A stretch of 64,000 bases of DNA from Amphiscolops sp. MND2022. Taxonomy: Eukaryota. Every line of letters starts with the position of its first letter. Positions within the stretch are counted from its first letter, which is position 1. Below are positions 1-64,000 of this stretch, one piece after another. Under the pieces are notes generated by a model. It searched no databases and was not told the origin of the DNA. It worked only from the letters and a program-made list of their open reading frames with translations. The DNA lies in the NCBI GenBank assembly GCA_964187785.1, contig OZ076409.1, forward strand, positions 19,284,001-19,348,000, read 5' to 3'. The position numbers and the translations under genes are program-made.

Positions 1-422
1 AATCACATTCATTGGTTTGAGAGCATAAATCATGTCTGATGCAGATTGAAATTTCTCTGACTTTATTAAGAAATTGGAAGAACTGCAGTAAAAATAGAAA
101 TGTTTTGTCAACATGGTCTTCAGGTTTTAACGATTTTCTTCGGTTACATTGAGGTTTCCCATGGAAAACTCATGCTGGGGAAAAAGCACAAATGCATGAC
201 TTTTCTCAAAACTTGAGAGGTTGGAAAACCCTGTACGCAAAAACTTTTCTTACCTTTACTTCCCGCCAAAATTTGAACCATTAAAATTGTAAGAGCCATC
301 GAACCGGTCGGCATCGCATTGACTTAACTGCTTTGTTCAAATAATCAAAGGCAGTAATATCACCTGTTGATTAGTTTTTTTTTTCGGGGGGGGGGGGTAT
401 AGAAGATGACTGGATCACTTAC

Positions 423-61836
<61,414 letters not shown>

Positions 61837-64000
61837 TGTCGCTCGTATTCTCAGAAGTTTGTGAATTTTTGCTCACAGCTACTGACTAATGTTTGGAGGG
61901 TTTTCAGTCTATAAGTCTGGTTTCATTCAAATTAGGCAAGTAGTAATGAAGCGCTTTGTAACAATTGCATTCCAAAAAAAATTGAGAATGCTGTTCTGAA
62001 GGATTCAGCAGATAATGGAAAATAAGTAAGAAAGTTGTTAAACTTGATAAAACGCTGTTATCAATTGTGTGCTTCTCGTTTCGAAGGTACTGCTTTTCCC
62101 GTTATTTTTTCTTCTCGTTCAACATGCAAGCCATTTGAACAAATTCAGGGTCTGTATCAGAGCGGTTCCTTTGTACACATCAATCAAGGACTTGTCAAAG
62201 TGTCAAGGGTACTGGTTTAAAGCCCATAACATCATCCTCGTCCAAAAAACGAGTGGTTTGCTCTGGGTTGAATTAGCTGGAAGCTGAAGAAGAAAAGGAG
62301 AAAAAACTGTGTCTGGTCATAAAGGAGCTAGCACTGCTTTGGCTGTTTCTAATTCTTGGCTTCTTGTTGCGTTACTTTTGTTCTGCCGGTGCTGTTGCTG
62401 GAACAGAGAGACGACAAATGAAAAAAGGTATTAAATAACTCTCAACACAACACGCATATAAATATGGAAGAAAGCAAAATGGAAAATTCGATTCAAAAGG
62501 TTATTAAATTCCGTCCAATTCCAGTTTCAAATCTCAAGGGGCCAAGAAACAAGAATTGAAAATGCTGAGGCTACATGCAAATTGTATTATTACCGCGCAA
62601 CAAACTTAATTCACCAAGGGCTATTTTGACTCGTATAGTCGAGATGCAATGTCGAACAGAAAGACGTTAAATATTAGATTCCCCTCCTTGCTAACCCAAC
62701 AAGCCTGAATCTTGTTCCAGCTCCTATACCCCAAACCCCTCCCCTAGGAATTGTTTCTCCCTCTATGACACGACACACCGACCCCCCTTAACATTTCTCA
62801 CCCCAAACCCCAATTAACGCACACTTCAAAAACTGTGTAAAATTTAAATCAGTGTCAATGTCGCAATGACTAACGTTCCATATAACTATTCTACGTCATC
62901 CAATGAACCAACAACCCCCCTCCAAAAAATCACCACCCATCTAATTCGTGAAAGAGTAGCACCCAAATCCAATCAAGTACCTGGCTCTCTCAAATTACCC
63001 ACCATCTCTGCCTACCTGCCTTTCCCAGGACCCTTGGGATCGACATGCACTTCTTACCCTCACAAGACGCCTCTTAAACTGGTTAACCTCAAGAAAGCCA
63101 ATTTACCTTCCATCAGAGCTGTGAATGAAATGCGCTGTTTGCATTTTTCCCATTAAATGAAGTCTTTTATGAATGTTAAATAAGGTTTCTGCTGAGGAGA
63201 AAAGCAGTTACGTAATAATTGCAACAATTGCGGCCACGCATTAATTTTTCATCAAATCCCTTGTGAACAAATACAGGGCTTCCTGCATTTCAAATGGAAG
63301 TAATATCCCGGAAAATAATAAAGATGAAGCATTGCAAAAAACGAAGTAAAAATTTTTGACTTTTCTTATTTTTTTTTCAATTTCGCTACGGGTTATTTTT
63401 CTGTGTCACAAGCCCAATATTGCGCAATACGCGTTGATTTCTTGAACTCTTCTTACACAGGAGATATATAAAGGTTTACAAGACTGCGAGTAATTCAATT
63501 AAGGAACTCGCGAAATGTTGAAATTCATTTTGACACACTTTTGAGCCTGTATTTTCATTCACATGTCAAGAAAGCCAATTAAAAGTAACACGTGATCGAG
63601 CCAGCTAGCAAAAATTACATAGCTACTCAACTTCCTGTTACTAGAAAGGCTTTATTTATAAGCTTAGTAATTAATAATATAGAGAAACAAGGATCACAGA
63701 ATAAGTTGTTTGATACATTGCGCCTCCTCATAGAACTGTTTCCTTTCAGAAGATTACAACATTTTTTCAATATGAACAAAGTCTTTGTTCAGTCGCGGTT
63801 GAATAACTATGCCAACGCTACTTTAAGGCCAAGTTCCTTCCGTCTCGTGGTCATTTGTTCTAAACAAATGTTATGTCACTTCCAGCAAAATTCTACCTCA
63901 TGCTGTATTAGAACCATAACTTGCAATAAGATGACAGGATGTTACTCAAAACAACATCTAAAATTAGAATTTCCTCCCTACTGTGTAAAGTTTGGAATTA

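Noticed and set aside
1..420. Next iGluR exon (flip/flop-equivalent) near the GTAAG-like donor at about 250
   Set aside because: No frame gives the expected L.E.G.L.KL..KWW...C sequence; the exon must lie outside the window.

Overview
Eukaryotic (invertebrate metazoan-like), AT-rich, repeat-dense genomic DNA. One minus-strand gene for an AMPA-type ionotropic glutamate receptor subunit spans almost the whole window. I could splice 13 GT-AG coding exons into one continuous frame (2468 nt, 822 codons + 2 nt): signal peptide, ATD, S1, M1-M3, most of S2. The rest of S2, M4 and the C-tail lie beyond the left edge. The signal-peptide exon (61731-61836) is missing from the ORF track and sits about 41.5 kb from exon 2. 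The introns hold two full-length, related Ty3/Gypsy LTR retrotransposons with 5-bp TSDs (one almost intact), decayed Gypsy, BEL/Pao, LINE and Tc1 remnants, many Helentron/DINE-like non-autonomous elements, MITEs, palindromes and tandem repeats. The most unusual observations are a conserved PML-like SUMO-interacting motif at the C-terminus of both Gypsy integrases, a gag start codon built from the LTR end plus the PBS, and atypical receptor residues in the ligand pocket and dimer interface. No searches were run, so family assignments rest on motif recognition and comparisons to vertebrate GluA2 are from memory.
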